Of a stretch of 64,000 bases of DNA, positions 1-10,900 are shown piece by piece. The stretch covers positions 4,736,001 through 4,800,000 of the forward strand of contig OZ245842.1 in the NCBI GenBank assembly GCA_965228895.1, written 5' to 3'. Position numbers and translations under genes: made by a program. A model generated the notes under the pieces. It was not told where the DNA came from. It saw nothing but the letters and a program-made list of their open reading frames with translations, and did not search any database. Within the stretch, counting starts at the first letter, position 1. Each line of letters begins with the position of its first letter. The stretch is from Alphaproteobacteria bacterium. GTDB taxonomy: Bacteria > Pseudomonadota > Alphaproteobacteria > SP197.

Positions 1-838
1 CGATGTCGCCGCCGGCGGCCATGACAAGATTTCGACCGGCCGCAAGACCGACAAGTTCGGCGTCGCGTTCGATCGCGCGGCCGAGCTTTATGCACGCGCC
101 GCCGCCGATCCCCACCTCGAGCCGCTGGGTCTGGCGATCCATATCGGCTCTCAGATCTACGATCTCAGCGCCTTCGAGACCGCCATCGATCGCTTGATCG
201 CGCTGCGTGGCGTTATCCGCGACGCCGGGCACGCGGTACCCCATCTCGATCTGGGTGGCGGCCTGGGCGTCGCCTATGACGGCGGCGAAGACATGGCGCT
301 GGCGCCCTATGGCGGCCTTCTGGCCCGTGTGGCGGCGGAAACCGGCGCCGAGCTCACGATCGAACCCGGACGCTGGCTTGTCGCCGGCGCCGGCCTCCTG
401 ATCGGGCAGGTGCTGGCCACCAAACAGGCGGGAGACCGCCGTTTCGTGATTGTCGATGCGGCCATGAATGACATGATCCGCCCGGCGCTCTACGAGGCCA
501 GCCATCCGGTGTGGCCGGTCAAAAAACCGCCGGAAAGCGCCGCTACAGAGGTCGTGACGCTGGCCGGGCCGGTCTGTGAGTCAACCGACGTTTTGGCCCG
601 CGATATCGCGCTTTCCGGCGTCGAAACCGGCGATCTGGTCGCCATTGGCATGGCCGGCGCCTACGGCGCGGTGCTGTCGTCGGGCTATAATGGGCGGCGC
701 CTGGTCCCCGAAGTGATGGTACGAGGACGTGATTTTACCGTGGTCCGCCGACGGCCTACATATGAAGAGAGCATGGCGCTCGATCGTCTGCCTGATTGGA
801 TGGCGGGCACGGATGGCGCCAAACGAGGCGTTGCATGA
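1..838 (+). CDS. lysA: Diaminopimelate decarboxylase (5' end outside the window)
   Basis: Frame open from base 2: HDKISTGRKTDKFGV, HIGSQI, LDLGGG, IEPGR, DAAMNDMIRPALY, GPVCESTD, AGAYG motifs. Confidence 0.95.
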   Translation, partial: DVAAGGHDKISTGRKTDKFGVAFDRAAELYARAAADPHLEPLGLAIHIGSQIYDLSAFETAIDRLIALRGVIRDAGHAVPHLDLGGGLGVAYDGGEDMALAPYGGLLARVAAETGAELTIEPGRWLVAGAGLLIGQVLATKQAGDRRFVIVDAAMNDMIRPALYEASHPVWPVKKPPESAATEVVTLAGPVCESTDVLARDIALSGVETGDLVAIGMAGAYGAVLSSGYNGRRLVPEVMVRGRDFTVVRRRPTYEESMALDRLPDWMAGTDGAKRGVA

Positions 839-3249
839 GTGACGACAGCCCGGCTAACCGACCCGGGAGCCGCCCCCTAGCGGTGCAGCGGCGCATTCTG
901 CTTGCCCAGGCAGCGCTTGCCTGGGAGGACCTGATGCCGCGCCTGTGGCGCAGCGTTGCGCTGATCGCCGGATTTGTCGGCATCACCTTGCTGGGTCTGT
1001 GGCTGTGGCTGCCGGGATGGCTGCATCTCATTATTTTGGCAGGTTTTGTCGTTTTGCTGCCATACTTCCTGTGGCGCGACCTGCCGGGCTGGCGCATCCC
1101 GGGCGAAGCCGACGCCCTGCGCCGCCTGGAGCTGAAAAGCGGCTTCGATCACCGCCCGCTGACCGCCCTTGAAGACAGTTTTGCCGGCGACCGCCGGGAC
1201 GGTGCCAGCCGCGCCTTGTGGCAAGCCCACCGGCGTCGCGTGCGCCAGGCAATCAAACGGCTGAAGGTCGGCTGGCCGGCGTCTAAGGTCGCCAACCGCG
1301 ACGGTTTTGCGTTGCGCGGGATTGCGGGTCTGGTGCTGGCGGCCGGTCTCTTGGTCGGCTGGCAGCACGCCGGCCTCAACTTCGCTGCCGCGTTCAAACC
1401 CGATTTCAGCCGCGCCCTGGCAGCCTCGCCGGTCGGCGAGCTGACCTTGTGGATCACGCCGCCCGCCTATACCGGCGTGCCGCCGCTCTGGCTCGACCCG
1501 ACGACGGCGGCCGAAACCACCGAGCCGGTGGTCATCCCGGCCGGCAGCGAACTGGTCGCCCAGGTGCGTGGTGGCAGCCAGACGCCGGAGGTTGTCATCG
1601 GCGAGACGGCGACCGGCTTCGAGCAGGCGGGATCATCCAGTTTCCAGATCACCATGGAACTTGAGGCCGGCAACCGGCTGGCGTTTCAGCAGGGCGGCAG
1701 CGAGCTCGCGGCTTGGCCGATCGATATCGTGCCGGACCGCGTGCCGACCGTCGGTCTGACCGAGGAGCCTCAGGAAACCCTGCGCACCACCCTGCGCCTC
1801 GACGTTGCGGCAGAGGATGATTACGGCATCGATGGCATCCGCGCGCGGCTGTCGCGGGTCGCCGTGCCCGACGAGATCATGGAACTCTCCGTGCCGATCG
1901 CCCACAAAGGCGTGCGCGAAGCCAGGGGCCCGTCGTTCTATGACCTGACGCCCCATCCCTGGGCCGGCCTGGACGTCACGATGCAGCTCTATGCCACCGA
2001 CGTGACCGGTCAGGTCGGCCAGAGCGAGATCTACACCTTCAAACTACCGCGCCGCTATTTTTACCACATGGTCGCGCGTGAGATCGCCGATCTGCGCCAG
2101 AATCTGGTCCAGGATCCCGGACTGCGTGAGGAGACCGCCGAGGCCCTGGCGGCGCTGACCTTGGATCCCGAAGCCTATCTGAGCGACGTGACCGTCCACC
2201 TGGCGCTCGTCACCAGCGCCAACCGGCTGATGCTCGATAACAGCGAAGCGGGCATGGACGCGGTCATCGCGCTGATGTGGGACACCGCGCTCGCTATCGA
2301 AGAAGGTCCCCTGGCGTTCGCCGAACGACGCGTGCGCGACCTGCAGCAACAGCTCCTGGAGGCGCTGTCGGAAGGCGCCACGGACGATGAGATCGTGCGC
2401 CTGATCGATGAGCTGCGCCAGGCGATGGAAGACTACATGCGCGCGCTCTCCAACCGCCTGCGCACGGACCCCGGCGAACTGTTCGATCCGACCGATGCGC
2501 TGAAAGCCGTCGGCAGTCGTGAACTGACCGATCTGGTCGATCAGTTGCGCGACCTCGTCAATTCCGGCTCGCGCGATGCGGCCCAAACGCTTCTGAGCCG
2601 CATGCAGGAGATCATGGAGAACATCTCGGTCGGCAATCTCTCCGACCTGACCGGCGCGATCAGCGCCCAGGCGGCCGAGGTGTTGCAGACGATACGCCAG
2701 CTCATGAGCGGCCAACAGGAACTGCTTGATGAAACGTTTCGCATGCTGCGCGAGGAAGATGCGGAAGGTGCCGACAGCTCAGGTGCCTTCGCGGGTCAGA
2801 CCCAATTGCAGCAGTCGTTGCAGGAACTGATGGAGCGCATGGAGGAGTTCGGCTTCGGTACGTCGCGCGAGTTCGAGCGCGCCGACCGTTCCATGGGCCG
2901 TTCCGCGCGCCAGCTCGAAAACGACCGACCCGGCCAGGCGGTCGATCACCAGACCGAAGCGATCGAACAACTGCGCGCCGGCGCCGACGCGCTGATGGAA
3001 AGTCTGATGGAGCAGGCTGGCGAAGACGTGGCCGGCGAAGGCCAGAACTTCTTCGGTGCGCCGCGCGATCCCATGGGCCGCCACCTTGGCGGTGATGGCG
3101 GCGAGGATACCGGCGACTTTCAGCTGCCCGACCGCGGCGCTATCGTGCGCGCCCGCGAGATCCTGGACGAGCTCTACAAGCGCGCCAGCGAACAGCATCG
3201 CCCGGTCGACGAACAGCAGTACCTGGAGCGCCTGCTGCGCCGCTTCTAG
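835..3249 (+). CDS. TIGR02302/DUF4175 family membrane protein
   Basis: ATGA overlap with lysA stop; N-terminal TM helices, WITPPAYTG, DLTPHPWAG, coiled-coil, C-terminal RAREILDEL...YLERLL; usual neighbour of lysA in alphaproteobacteria. Confidence 0.85.
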   Translation: MSDDSPANRPGSRPLAVQRRILLAQAALAWEDLMPRLWRSVALIAGFVGITLLGLWLWLPGWLHLIILAGFVVLLPYFLWRDLPGWRIPGEADALRRLELKSGFDHRPLTALEDSFAGDRRDGASRALWQAHRRRVRQAIKRLKVGWPASKVANRDGFALRGIAGLVLAAGLLVGWQHAGLNFAAAFKPDFSRALAASPVGELTLWITPPAYTGVPPLWLDPTTAAETTEPVVIPAGSELVAQVRGGSQTPEVVIGETATGFEQAGSSSFQITMELEAGNRLAFQQGGSELAAWPIDIVPDRVPTVGLTEEPQETLRTTLRLDVAAEDDYGIDGIRARLSRVAVPDEIMELSVPIAHKGVREARGPSFYDLTPHPWAGLDVTMQLYATDVTGQVGQSEIYTFKLPRRYFYHMVAREIADLRQNLVQDPGLREETAEALAALTLDPEAYLSDVTVHLALVTSANRLMLDNSEAGMDAVIALMWDTALAIEEGPLAFAERRVRDLQQQLLEALSEGATDDEIVRLIDELRQAMEDYMRALSNRLRTDPGELFDPTDALKAVGSRELTDLVDQLRDLVNSGSRDAAQTLLSRMQEIMENISVGNLSDLTGAISAQAAEVLQTIRQLMSGQQELLDETFRMLREEDAEGADSSGAFAGQTQLQQSLQELMERMEEFGFGTSREFERADRSMGRSARQLENDRPGQAVDHQTEAIEQLRAGADALMESLMEQAGEDVAGEGQNFFGAPRDPMGRHLGGDGGEDTGDFQLPDRGAIVRAREILDELYKRASEQHRPVDEQQYLERLLRRF

Positions 3250-3268
3250 ACGAGACGCGTTCAACCCC

Positions 3269-3820
3269 ATGACCGATCAGCCGACAGCCAGGCCGGACTT
3301 CACCGTGCGCGACGGTTGTCCGGGCGATATTCCCGCGACTACCCGCATTTACGCTATTGAGGTGCGCGACGGCAGCGCGTCCTTCGAATTGAGTGCGCCG
3401 GACGAAACCGAGATGGCCCGCCGGTTCGAAACCATCCGCGACGCCGGGCTGCCCTATCTGGTGGCCGAGGACGAGAGCGGACAAATTCTGGGGTACGCCT
3501 ATGCCGGCACCTACCGGCCCCGCCCGGCCTATGGCGCGACGGTCGAGAACTCGGTCTATGTCGCGGCTGAAGCGCGCGGCCGGGGCGTTGGGCGTGCGTT
3601 GCTGGCGGCGCTGATCGAGCGCTGCCGTCAGGCGGGAAAGCGTGAAATGATCGCCGTCATCGGCGATTCCACCAATCTCGGCTCAATAGGCTTGCACCGT
3701 GCCCTGGGTTTCCGCGATGCCGGCGTGTTGCGCGATGTCGGCCGCAAGCACGGACGCTGGCTCGACACCGTCTTGATGCAGTACACGCTCCACGATGAAG
3801 GTGGTGAAGGCGGACGCTGA
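3269..3820 (+). CDS. GNAT N-acetyltransferase, phosphinothricin/methionine-sulfoximine (Pat/YncA) type
   Basis: ASFE, GYAYA, RPAY..TVENSVYV, RGRGVGRALL, NLGSIGLHRALGF, VGRKHGRWLDT; start trimmed to ATG 3269. Confidence 0.85.
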   Translation: MTDQPTARPDFTVRDGCPGDIPATTRIYAIEVRDGSASFELSAPDETEMARRFETIRDAGLPYLVAEDESGQILGYAYAGTYRPRPAYGATVENSVYVAAEARGRGVGRALLAALIERCRQAGKREMIAVIGDSTNLGSIGLHRALGFRDAGVLRDVGRKHGRWLDTVLMQYTLHDEGGEGGR

Positions 3821-3836
3821 CGGCCGCGCGGGCGCG

Positions 3837-4769
3837 TTATCTCAGATCGTCGAAGGTTACCAGGATATCGGTTTCGTCGCCGGTCACCGGCGGGTCGGGA
3901 TAGATATCGCGGAAGCCGGTGTCACCGCCCGGAGCCAGAACCTCGGCCGTCGCGACAAACGTCCAGAACGTCGTGACCTGACCTGCCTGATCGAGCAGCT
4001 CGGCACGGAGCATCGGCAGAAGACTCAAATCCGGTCCGGCGTTAACGACACGCCCGGAGACGATCAGCACCTTGTCACCGTTCTCGTCGAGCACCTCGAA
4101 GGCGACGTCTTCCAATTTGAGATTTTGCGAACTCGGCGGACCAATCAGGTCGAGAGCGGCATAGGCCGGCAAGGTCTGGGGGAACGCCTGCAGGACGTCC
4201 GTCCGCCATTGATAGAGCGCGGCCCCGGCCGCGACCAGCAACAGCACGACCAACAGGATTGCCCGCCCGCGGCCTCTGGGCGATCTGCCATCGGCATCGT
4301 CGGGACCGACGACGCGGCTTACATCGAAGTCCGGTGTGCTATCGACCCGCACATTGTCACTCATGCCCAGAGCCGCACTTTCCGCCGTCGGCTGGCTGGC
4401 CGACAGTTGGTGAGACTCCGATGTATCGCTGTCCGGTACCTCCTGCGCCTCGATTTCGCTCACGGTTTCGGCAGCAATCAGGGAGGGTGTATCTGTCGGT
4501 GGTAAAATCTCGGGCGCCGATTGGTCCGCCGTTGCCACCTGTGGCACGTCAGGGTCGGTTTTGGCCTCTACGCTGGGCTCAGCGTCAGAATCCGGTCGCT
4601 GAGGCGCGGTTTCCTCGGCGATCGGCGGCGGCGCATCGGCCGCAACGGCTTCCGGCGCCTGAAACCAAACGTGTTTGCAGGCCGAACACTTAACTTTACG
4701 GCCCGCCGTGCCCAGGGCACCGTCAGGAATCTGGAAGCGGGATCCGCAAGATGGACAGGTAAGGATCAT
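3837..4769 (-). CDS. MJ0042-type zinc-ribbon / TM / DUF3426 protein (ZitP-like polarity factor)
   Basis: N-terminal CPSC...KVKCSACKHVW, acidic Pro-rich linker, one TM helix, periplasmic domain; divergent from ftsE. Confidence 0.8.
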   Translation of the reverse strand: MILTCPSCGSRFQIPDGALGTAGRKVKCSACKHVWFQAPEAVAADAPPPIAEETAPQRPDSDAEPSVEAKTDPDVPQVATADQSAPEILPPTDTPSLIAAETVSEIEAQEVPDSDTSESHQLSASQPTAESAALGMSDNVRVDSTPDFDVSRVVGPDDADGRSPRGRGRAILLVVLLLVAAGAALYQWRTDVLQAFPQTLPAYAALDLIGPPSSQNLKLEDVAFEVLDENGDKVLIVSGRVVNAGPDLSLLPMLRAELLDQAGQVTTFWTFVATAEVLAPGGDTGFRDIYPDPPVTGDETDILVTFDDLR

Positions 4770-4892
4770 GTCCCTTCACACACCTACGATCGAAATAGCT
4801 ACACTGCTCTATAGGCGCGGGCGCGATGGCTGGCAAGATTCGCCGAATCTGCGACATTGGGCGCCACGACACGGGCTCAGGGACTAGATCTG

Positions 4893-5591
4893 TTGGTGCG
4901 TTTCGAAAATGTCGGCCTACGTTACGGCAACGGGCCGGAGGTGCTGCACGATGTCAGCCTCTCCCTGGCGCCGGGTTCCTATCATTTCCTGGTTGGGGCC
5001 AGTGGCGCCGGAAAGTCGTCGCTGCTGAGCCTGCTCTATCTGGCGCGCCGGCCGACACGCGGTCTGATTCAGATGTTCGACCACGATATCGCCGCGGTGC
5101 CACGCGATCAGATGCCGGCGTTGCGGCGAAAGATCGGCGTCGTTTTTCAGGATTACCATCTCTTGGACCATCTTTCGGCGCTGGAGAACGTCGCCCTGCC
5201 GTTGCGCGTCGCCGGCAACGATCGCGGCAAGATCCGCGACCACGTCATCGAGCTGCTGGAATGGGTCGGCCTGGGCGACAAGCTCGATGTGCGCCCGCCC
5301 GCGCTTTCCGGCGGCGAAAAGCAACGGATGGCGGTTGCCAGGGCCGTCATCGCGCGCCCTAAGCTGCTGTTGGCTGACGAACCGACCGGTAACCTGGATG
5401 ACAACATCGGCGAGCGGCTGATGCGTCTGTTCGACGAACTCAACCGCCTTGGTACGACCCTTGTCGTGGCGACCCATAACAGCAATCTGCCGGTCCGCTT
5501 TCCTCATCCTGTGCTTCGCCTGCAGGATGGTGAACTGCATGCGATGACGAAACAAAGAGGCGGCGCGCATGTTGTTTCGACGGCGCCATGA
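4893..5591 (+). CDS. ftsE: Cell division ATP-binding protein FtsE
   Basis: GASGAGKS, IGVVFQD, LSGGEKQR, LLADEPTGNLD, ATH; start TTG 4893 or GTG 4896. Confidence 0.93.
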   Translation: MVRFENVGLRYGNGPEVLHDVSLSLAPGSYHFLVGASGAGKSSLLSLLYLARRPTRGLIQMFDHDIAAVPRDQMPALRRKIGVVFQDYHLLDHLSALENVALPLRVAGNDRGKIRDHVIELLEWVGLGDKLDVRPPALSGGEKQRMAVARAVIARPKLLLADEPTGNLDDNIGERLMRLFDELNRLGTTLVVATHNSNLPVRFPHPVLRLQDGELHAMTKQRGGAHVVSTAP

Positions 5592-6444
5592 CGTGCCGCT
5601 GGCCGGCGACCCGGCCAGCCGCTTCGTCCCCGGTATAATCGGCATCATGGTGTTCCTGTCGGTGCTGGTGCTCGCCTCTGCCTTGGTTCTGGGCAACGCG
5701 ATCGAACAGTGGCGCTTGAGCCACAGCGTTCAGATCACTGTCGAAGTGCCGCCTAGCGCCGCGTCGGGAGGGGCGGTCGAAAGCGTCATCGAGGTCCTGG
5801 CCGCGACACCCGGTGTGACCGAGGCCCGGCGTTTGAGCGGTGACAAGGTGAGCGAGCTGCTGTCCCCGTGGATCGGCAACGACCTTGATATCACCGAACT
5901 GCCGCTGCCGGTGCTGATCGATGTCCGGCTTGATCGCCCCGGCGCGGTCGATGCGGAGGCGCTGCAGGCGCTGCTGGATCAGGAGATACCCGGCATTCGC
6001 GTCGACGACGGCCGACGCTGGCTGCAGCCGATCCGCGCGACGGCGCGCACGCTTCAACTGGTCGCCGGCATCGTCCTGCTGCTGATCGCCGGCGGCGCAA
6101 TCGCGACCATCATCTTCATGACGCGGACCGGTCTGGCGGTGCATCACGACACCATCGCCATCCTGCATCTCGTCGGTGCGAAGGACGCATACGTTGCCCG
6201 GCAGTTCCAGGCCCAGGCTTTACGGCTGGCGCTTTATGGTGGTGTGCCGGGTCTGGTGGTCGCCGGCCTGTGCATCGCGCTGGTCGGCCGTCTGGCGGGC
6301 CAACTGGAGGCGCCGCTGTTGCCACAGCTCAGCCTCGGCCTGCACGGCTGGATCGCGCTGGCTGCCGTGCCGCTTGTTGCCGCCGTCATCGCGGTAATCA
6401 CGGCACGCGCCACCGTGATGGCGACCTTGCAACGTCTGCCATGA
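5569..6444 (+). CDS. ftsX: Cell division permease FtsX
   Basis: Overlaps ftsE; 4-TM pattern, LLSPWIG, LPLPVLIDV, LHLVGA. Confidence 0.88.
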   Translation: MLFRRRHDVPLAGDPASRFVPGIIGIMVFLSVLVLASALVLGNAIEQWRLSHSVQITVEVPPSAASGGAVESVIEVLAATPGVTEARRLSGDKVSELLSPWIGNDLDITELPLPVLIDVRLDRPGAVDAEALQALLDQEIPGIRVDDGRRWLQPIRATARTLQLVAGIVLLLIAGGAIATIIFMTRTGLAVHHDTIAILHLVGAKDAYVARQFQAQALRLALYGGVPGLVVAGLCIALVGRLAGQLEAPLLPQLSLGLHGWIALAAVPLVAAVIAVITARATVMATLQRLP

Positions 6445-7031
6445 CCCGGCGCCGCGGCAGATGGTTTCGCCGGTTTCTGGTGCTGGCCGTCCTCCTGGCC
6501 TTGGCCTGGGCGGCCGGTTTTATCTGGTTCGTCAACAACTTACCGAGCGCGCCGACCGACGACACGACACCGACCGATGCCATTGTGGTGCTGACCGGCG
6601 GCGCCGACCGGCTGACGACCGGCCTTGGCCTATTGGATCAGGAACTGGCGGAAACGCTCTTCATTTCCGGGGTCTACACCGGCGTCGACGTGGCGACGAT
6701 CCTGGCCCTGGACGATCAGGCACCGGCCAAACTGGCCTGTTGCATCGAGCTGGGCCATAGCGCCCAGCATACGGTTGGCAACGCAGCGGAGACCGCGGCC
6801 TGGATGGCCGAAAGCGGGCGTTCCTCGCTCAGGCTGGTCACCGCCGCCTATCACATGCCGCGCAGCCTTGTGCTGTTCCATCGTTCGATGCCGGACATCA
6901 CCATCGTGCCGCATCCGGTGTTCCCGGCGAGCGTCGACCTGGATGCCTGGTGGTACGACACCGACACCTTCTCTCTGCTGGCCGGCGAATACAGCAAGTA
7001 CCTGGTGAGCCAAGCTTGGCCGGTTCTATGA
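6441..7031 (+). CDS. YdcF/DUF218 (ElyC-like) family protein
   Basis: DAIVVLTGG, HTVGNAAE, LVTAAYHMPRS, EYSKY. Confidence 0.85.
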   Translation: MTRRRGRWFRRFLVLAVLLALAWAAGFIWFVNNLPSAPTDDTTPTDAIVVLTGGADRLTTGLGLLDQELAETLFISGVYTGVDVATILALDDQAPAKLACCIELGHSAQHTVGNAAETAAWMAESGRSSLRLVTAAYHMPRSLVLFHRSMPDITIVPHPVFPASVDLDAWWYDTDTFSLLAGEYSKYLVSQAWPVL

Positions 7032-7741
7032 CGGCACTCAGATCGGCCCTGTTCAACGGCTTGATGATCGGCTCGATGATCATCGCCGGCATTCTGTGCC
7101 TGCCGATCCTGGTGATCAGCCGAAAGGCGGCACGTTGGATCACGTTGACCTGGTGCCGCTGGATGTTCTGGCTGCTTCGTCATGTCGTCGGCCTGTCCGT
7201 CGAAGTCACGGGCACCGAGCATATCGTCGACGGCCCGGCGATTTACGCCGCCAAGCACCAGTCGGCCCTGGAGACATTCAAGCTGCCGCTGGTTCTGCCC
7301 CAGGCCGACATCGTTCTGAAGCGTGAACTCCTCATGATCCCGGTCGTCGGCTGGTTCATGGCGTCGGTCGGCACCGTGCCAGTCGACCGGGGCGCTGGTG
7401 CGCGCGCCTTGCGCGCCATGTTGAAACGCGCGCGCGCATCGGTCGCCGGCGGCCGTTCGCTGCTGATCTTTCCCGAAGGTACGCGCACCGCGCCGGACAC
7501 ACGCCGGCCGTTCCATCCAGGCGTTGCCGCGCTCTATGGCGACCTCGGCTTGCCGGTCGTGCCGATTGCCTTGAACACCGGCCTCTTTTGGAGTCGGCGT
7601 GCGTTCCGGAAACGACCGGGTGTCGCCCGCATCACGTTTCTGCCGCCGATCGTGCCGGGACTCGACAGGCGTAAATTCGTCGAAGCGTTGGAGCAGCGCA
7701 TACACGACACCAGCGAACAACTCACCGGTACCGCCTTGTAA
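7028..7741 (+). CDS. plsC: 1-acyl-sn-glycerol-3-phosphate acyltransferase
   Basis: KHQSALET, VDRG, IFPEGTR, PVVPIA. Confidence 0.88.
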   Translation: MTALRSALFNGLMIGSMIIAGILCLPILVISRKAARWITLTWCRWMFWLLRHVVGLSVEVTGTEHIVDGPAIYAAKHQSALETFKLPLVLPQADIVLKRELLMIPVVGWFMASVGTVPVDRGAGARALRAMLKRARASVAGGRSLLIFPEGTRTAPDTRRPFHPGVAALYGDLGLPVVPIALNTGLFWSRRAFRKRPGVARITFLPPIVPGLDRRKFVEALEQRIHDTSEQLTGTAL

Positions 7742-7750
7742 TTTTGGGTA

Positions 7751-7830
7751 TGCCTACAATTTGTGACACCAAATCAAGAGGTTAAGCCGTGCGCGACTCG
7801 GGATGAAGCAGTGGAAACAAATATAGAACA
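7751..7830 (+). promoter_or_regulatory. Candidate NrdR box (7754-7765) and alphaproteobacterial LexA-like box (7815-7829) upstream of nrdJ
   Basis: CTACAATTTGTG resembles the NrdR core CwAtATaTwGtg; AAAC-AAATATA-GAAC is one mismatch from GAAC-N7-GAAC; AT-rich intergenic context. Confidence 0.4.
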
Positions 7831-7916
7831 CTGGCATGCTTTTCCAGCTTGGCGTATGCTATGTGGTCCCCGCAATGACCAACCGACCGTGACCAACCGA
7901 TAGAAACGAGACGTTG

Positions 7917-10900
7917 ATGAGCCTCTCGCCTACGCCGATCGCTCTGCAGATCTGGGACATGAAATACCGCCTGAAGGCAGCCGATGGATCGGCCGTCGAC
8001 GGCAGCGTTGAAGACAGCTGGCGCCGGGTCGCCGCCGCCCTCGCCGAGGTCGAGCCGGAGGGCGAGCGCCAGCAACGCGCCGATGATTTCTATGAGGCGA
8101 TGTCCGGCTTCAAGTATCTGCCCGCCGGGCGCATCCTGGCCGGCGCCGGGACGGATCGGAACGTCACGCTCTTCAACTGCTTTGTCATGGGCACGATCCC
8201 CGACGACATGGGTGGCATCTTCGATCATCTGAAAGAAGCCGCGCTGACCATGCAGGCCGGCGGCGGCATCGGTTATGACTTCTCGACGCTCAGGCCCAAA
8301 GGTGCGCCGGTCAAAGGCGTCGGCGCCGATGCCTCCGGCCCGCTGACCTTCATGGACGTGTGGGACGCCATGTGCCGGACCATCATGAGCGCGGGCCACC
8401 GGCGCGGCGCGATGATGGCGACCATGCGCTGCGATCATCCCGATATCGAAGCCTTTATCGATGCCAAGCGCGATCCCGGCCGGCTGCGCATGTTCAACCT
8501 GTCGGTGCTGGTCACCGATGACTTCATGGCCGCGGTGAAGGCCAATGACGCCTGGGAGCTGACGTTTGACGGCGTCGTCTTCAAGACGCTGTCGGCACGC
8601 GAGCTGTGGGACAAGATCATGCACGCGACCTATGCCTATGCCGAGCCGGGCGTGATCTTCATCGACCGCATCAACCGCCGCAACAACCTGCACTACGCCG
8701 AGACGATCAGCGCGACGAACCCATGTGTCACGGCGGAAACCTGGGTGCAGACGGCGGACGGCCCGCGCCAGGTTCAGGACCTGATAGGCCGGCCCTTCCG
8801 CGCCCTCGTCAATGGCGAAGCATGGCCAAGCGGCGACGCCGGCTTTTTCGTAACGGGCCACAAGCGTGTGCATCGGCTCAGAACGAAGGAAGGATTTACG
8901 CTCGATCTGACGGCGGACCACCCGGTCGCCCGGGTGACCGAGCGGACGCGTTACCGCACCGAATGGGCGTGGACGCAGGCGACGGCGCTGGAGGTCGGCG
9001 ACGAGGTCGTGCTTAACGATCACCACTCGGCGGCAGGCTGGGAAGGCACCGGTTACTCCAAGCATGAGGGGTATCTAATCGGCCTCCTTCTGGGTGACGG
9101 CACCTTGAAGGAGGACAAGGCCGTGTTATCCGCATGGCCGGGCGCGATGGTCGCCAATGGCGGTATGGAGCGTCCGGGTGTCGTCGCGATCATGGCCGCC
9201 GCCGAGGAAGCAGCCCGCACATTGCCCCATCGCGCGGACTTCCAGGGCTGGATCGATGTTCCCGGCCGCGGCGAGATGCGGCTTGCTCTCGGCGCTTTGA
9301 AGACGCTTGCACGCGAACTCGGTATGGCGCCAGGCAACAAAGGGGTTACGCCCGCCATAGAACAGGCCTCGTCCGAGTTCGCTGCGGGATTTCTGCGGGG
9401 ATTGTTCGACGCCGATGGCAGCGTGCAGGGCACGCAATCGAAGGGTGTCAGCATCCGACTGGCGCAGAGCAGCATGGATGTTCTCGCCGCAGTACAGCGC
9501 ATGCTGATTCGGTTGGGCATCGTCTCGACCATCTACCGGGAACGGCGGCCAGCAGGCCCGCGTCCGCTGCCGGACGGACACGGGGGCGCTAAGCTCTACG
9601 ACGTCGCCGCCCAGCACGAACTGGTGATCTCCGGCGAAAACATGACGCGTTTCGCTGAGATCATTGGTTTTTCTGATTCCGACAAGGCCGGGCGTCTCGC
9701 TTTCTTGACCGCGAACTATCGGCGCAGACTGAACCGCGAGCGCTTTGTCGCGACCATTGCCTCGCTAGATGAGCTTGGCGAAGAGACCGTCTTCGACGTC
9801 CAGGTTCCCGGCATCAATGCGTTCGATGCCAACGGTCTCGTTGTTCACAATTGCGGTGAACAGCCGCTGCCGCCTTATGGCGCCTGCCTGCTGGGCTCGG
9901 TCAATCTGGCGCGGCTGATCCAAAACCCGTTCGACGACGACGCCGCGCTCGACGAAGAGGCGCTCGACCGCACGGTGACGACAGCCGTGCGCATGATGGA
10001 CAACGTGGTCGAGGTCTCGCGCTTTCCGCTTGAAGCGCAGCGTCAGGAGGCCGAAGCCAAGCGGCGCATCGGGCTTGGTGTCACCGGACTGGCCGATGCG
10101 CTGATCATGATGCAGGCACGTTACGGCAGCGATCGCGCGCTCGAACTGACCGAGGCCTGGATGGCGCGGCTGAGGCGCGCGGCCTATCTCGCCTCGGTCG
10201 AACTCGCCAAGGAGCGCGGCCCCTTCCCGCTTTATGAGCGCGACGCCTATATGGCGAGCGAGACGATTCAGGAGCTCGACGACGATGTGCGCGCGGCGAT
10301 CGCCGAACACGGCATCCGCAACGCACTTGTTACGTCGATCGCGCCGACCGGCACCATCTCGCTCTTTGCCGACAATGTCTCGTCGGGCCTGGAGCCGGTC
10401 TTTGCCTTCAGCTATCAGCGCAACGTCCTGATGCCCGACGGCAGCCGAAAGACCGAGGAGGTCTCCGACTATGCGGTCCGTCTTTATCGGCGCCTCAAGG
10501 GCAATGGCGGTCCGCTGCCCGACTACTTCGTCGACGCCCAGACGCTCTCGCCCAGCGATCACGTGCGCATGCAGGCGGCGGTCCAGAAGTATGTCGACAG
10601 CTCGATCTCCAAGACCATCAACTGTCCTGAGGACATGTCCTTCGACGACTTCAAGGACATTTATCTCCAGGCCTATGAGACCGGTTGCAAGGGCTGCACC
10701 ACCTACCGGCCCAACGAGGTGACCGGCGCTGTTCTCGAGCTGAAACAGGACCCGCCGGACGAACCGCGCCTGCCGTTCGAGGAGCCGTCAAGCGACAAAC
10801 CCGCCGACGCCTTTGAAGCCGGCGGCGTCGTTTACATGACGCGCCCGCTCGACCGGCCGGAGGTTCTGCCGGGCCAGACCTATAAGCTGCGCTGGCCGGA

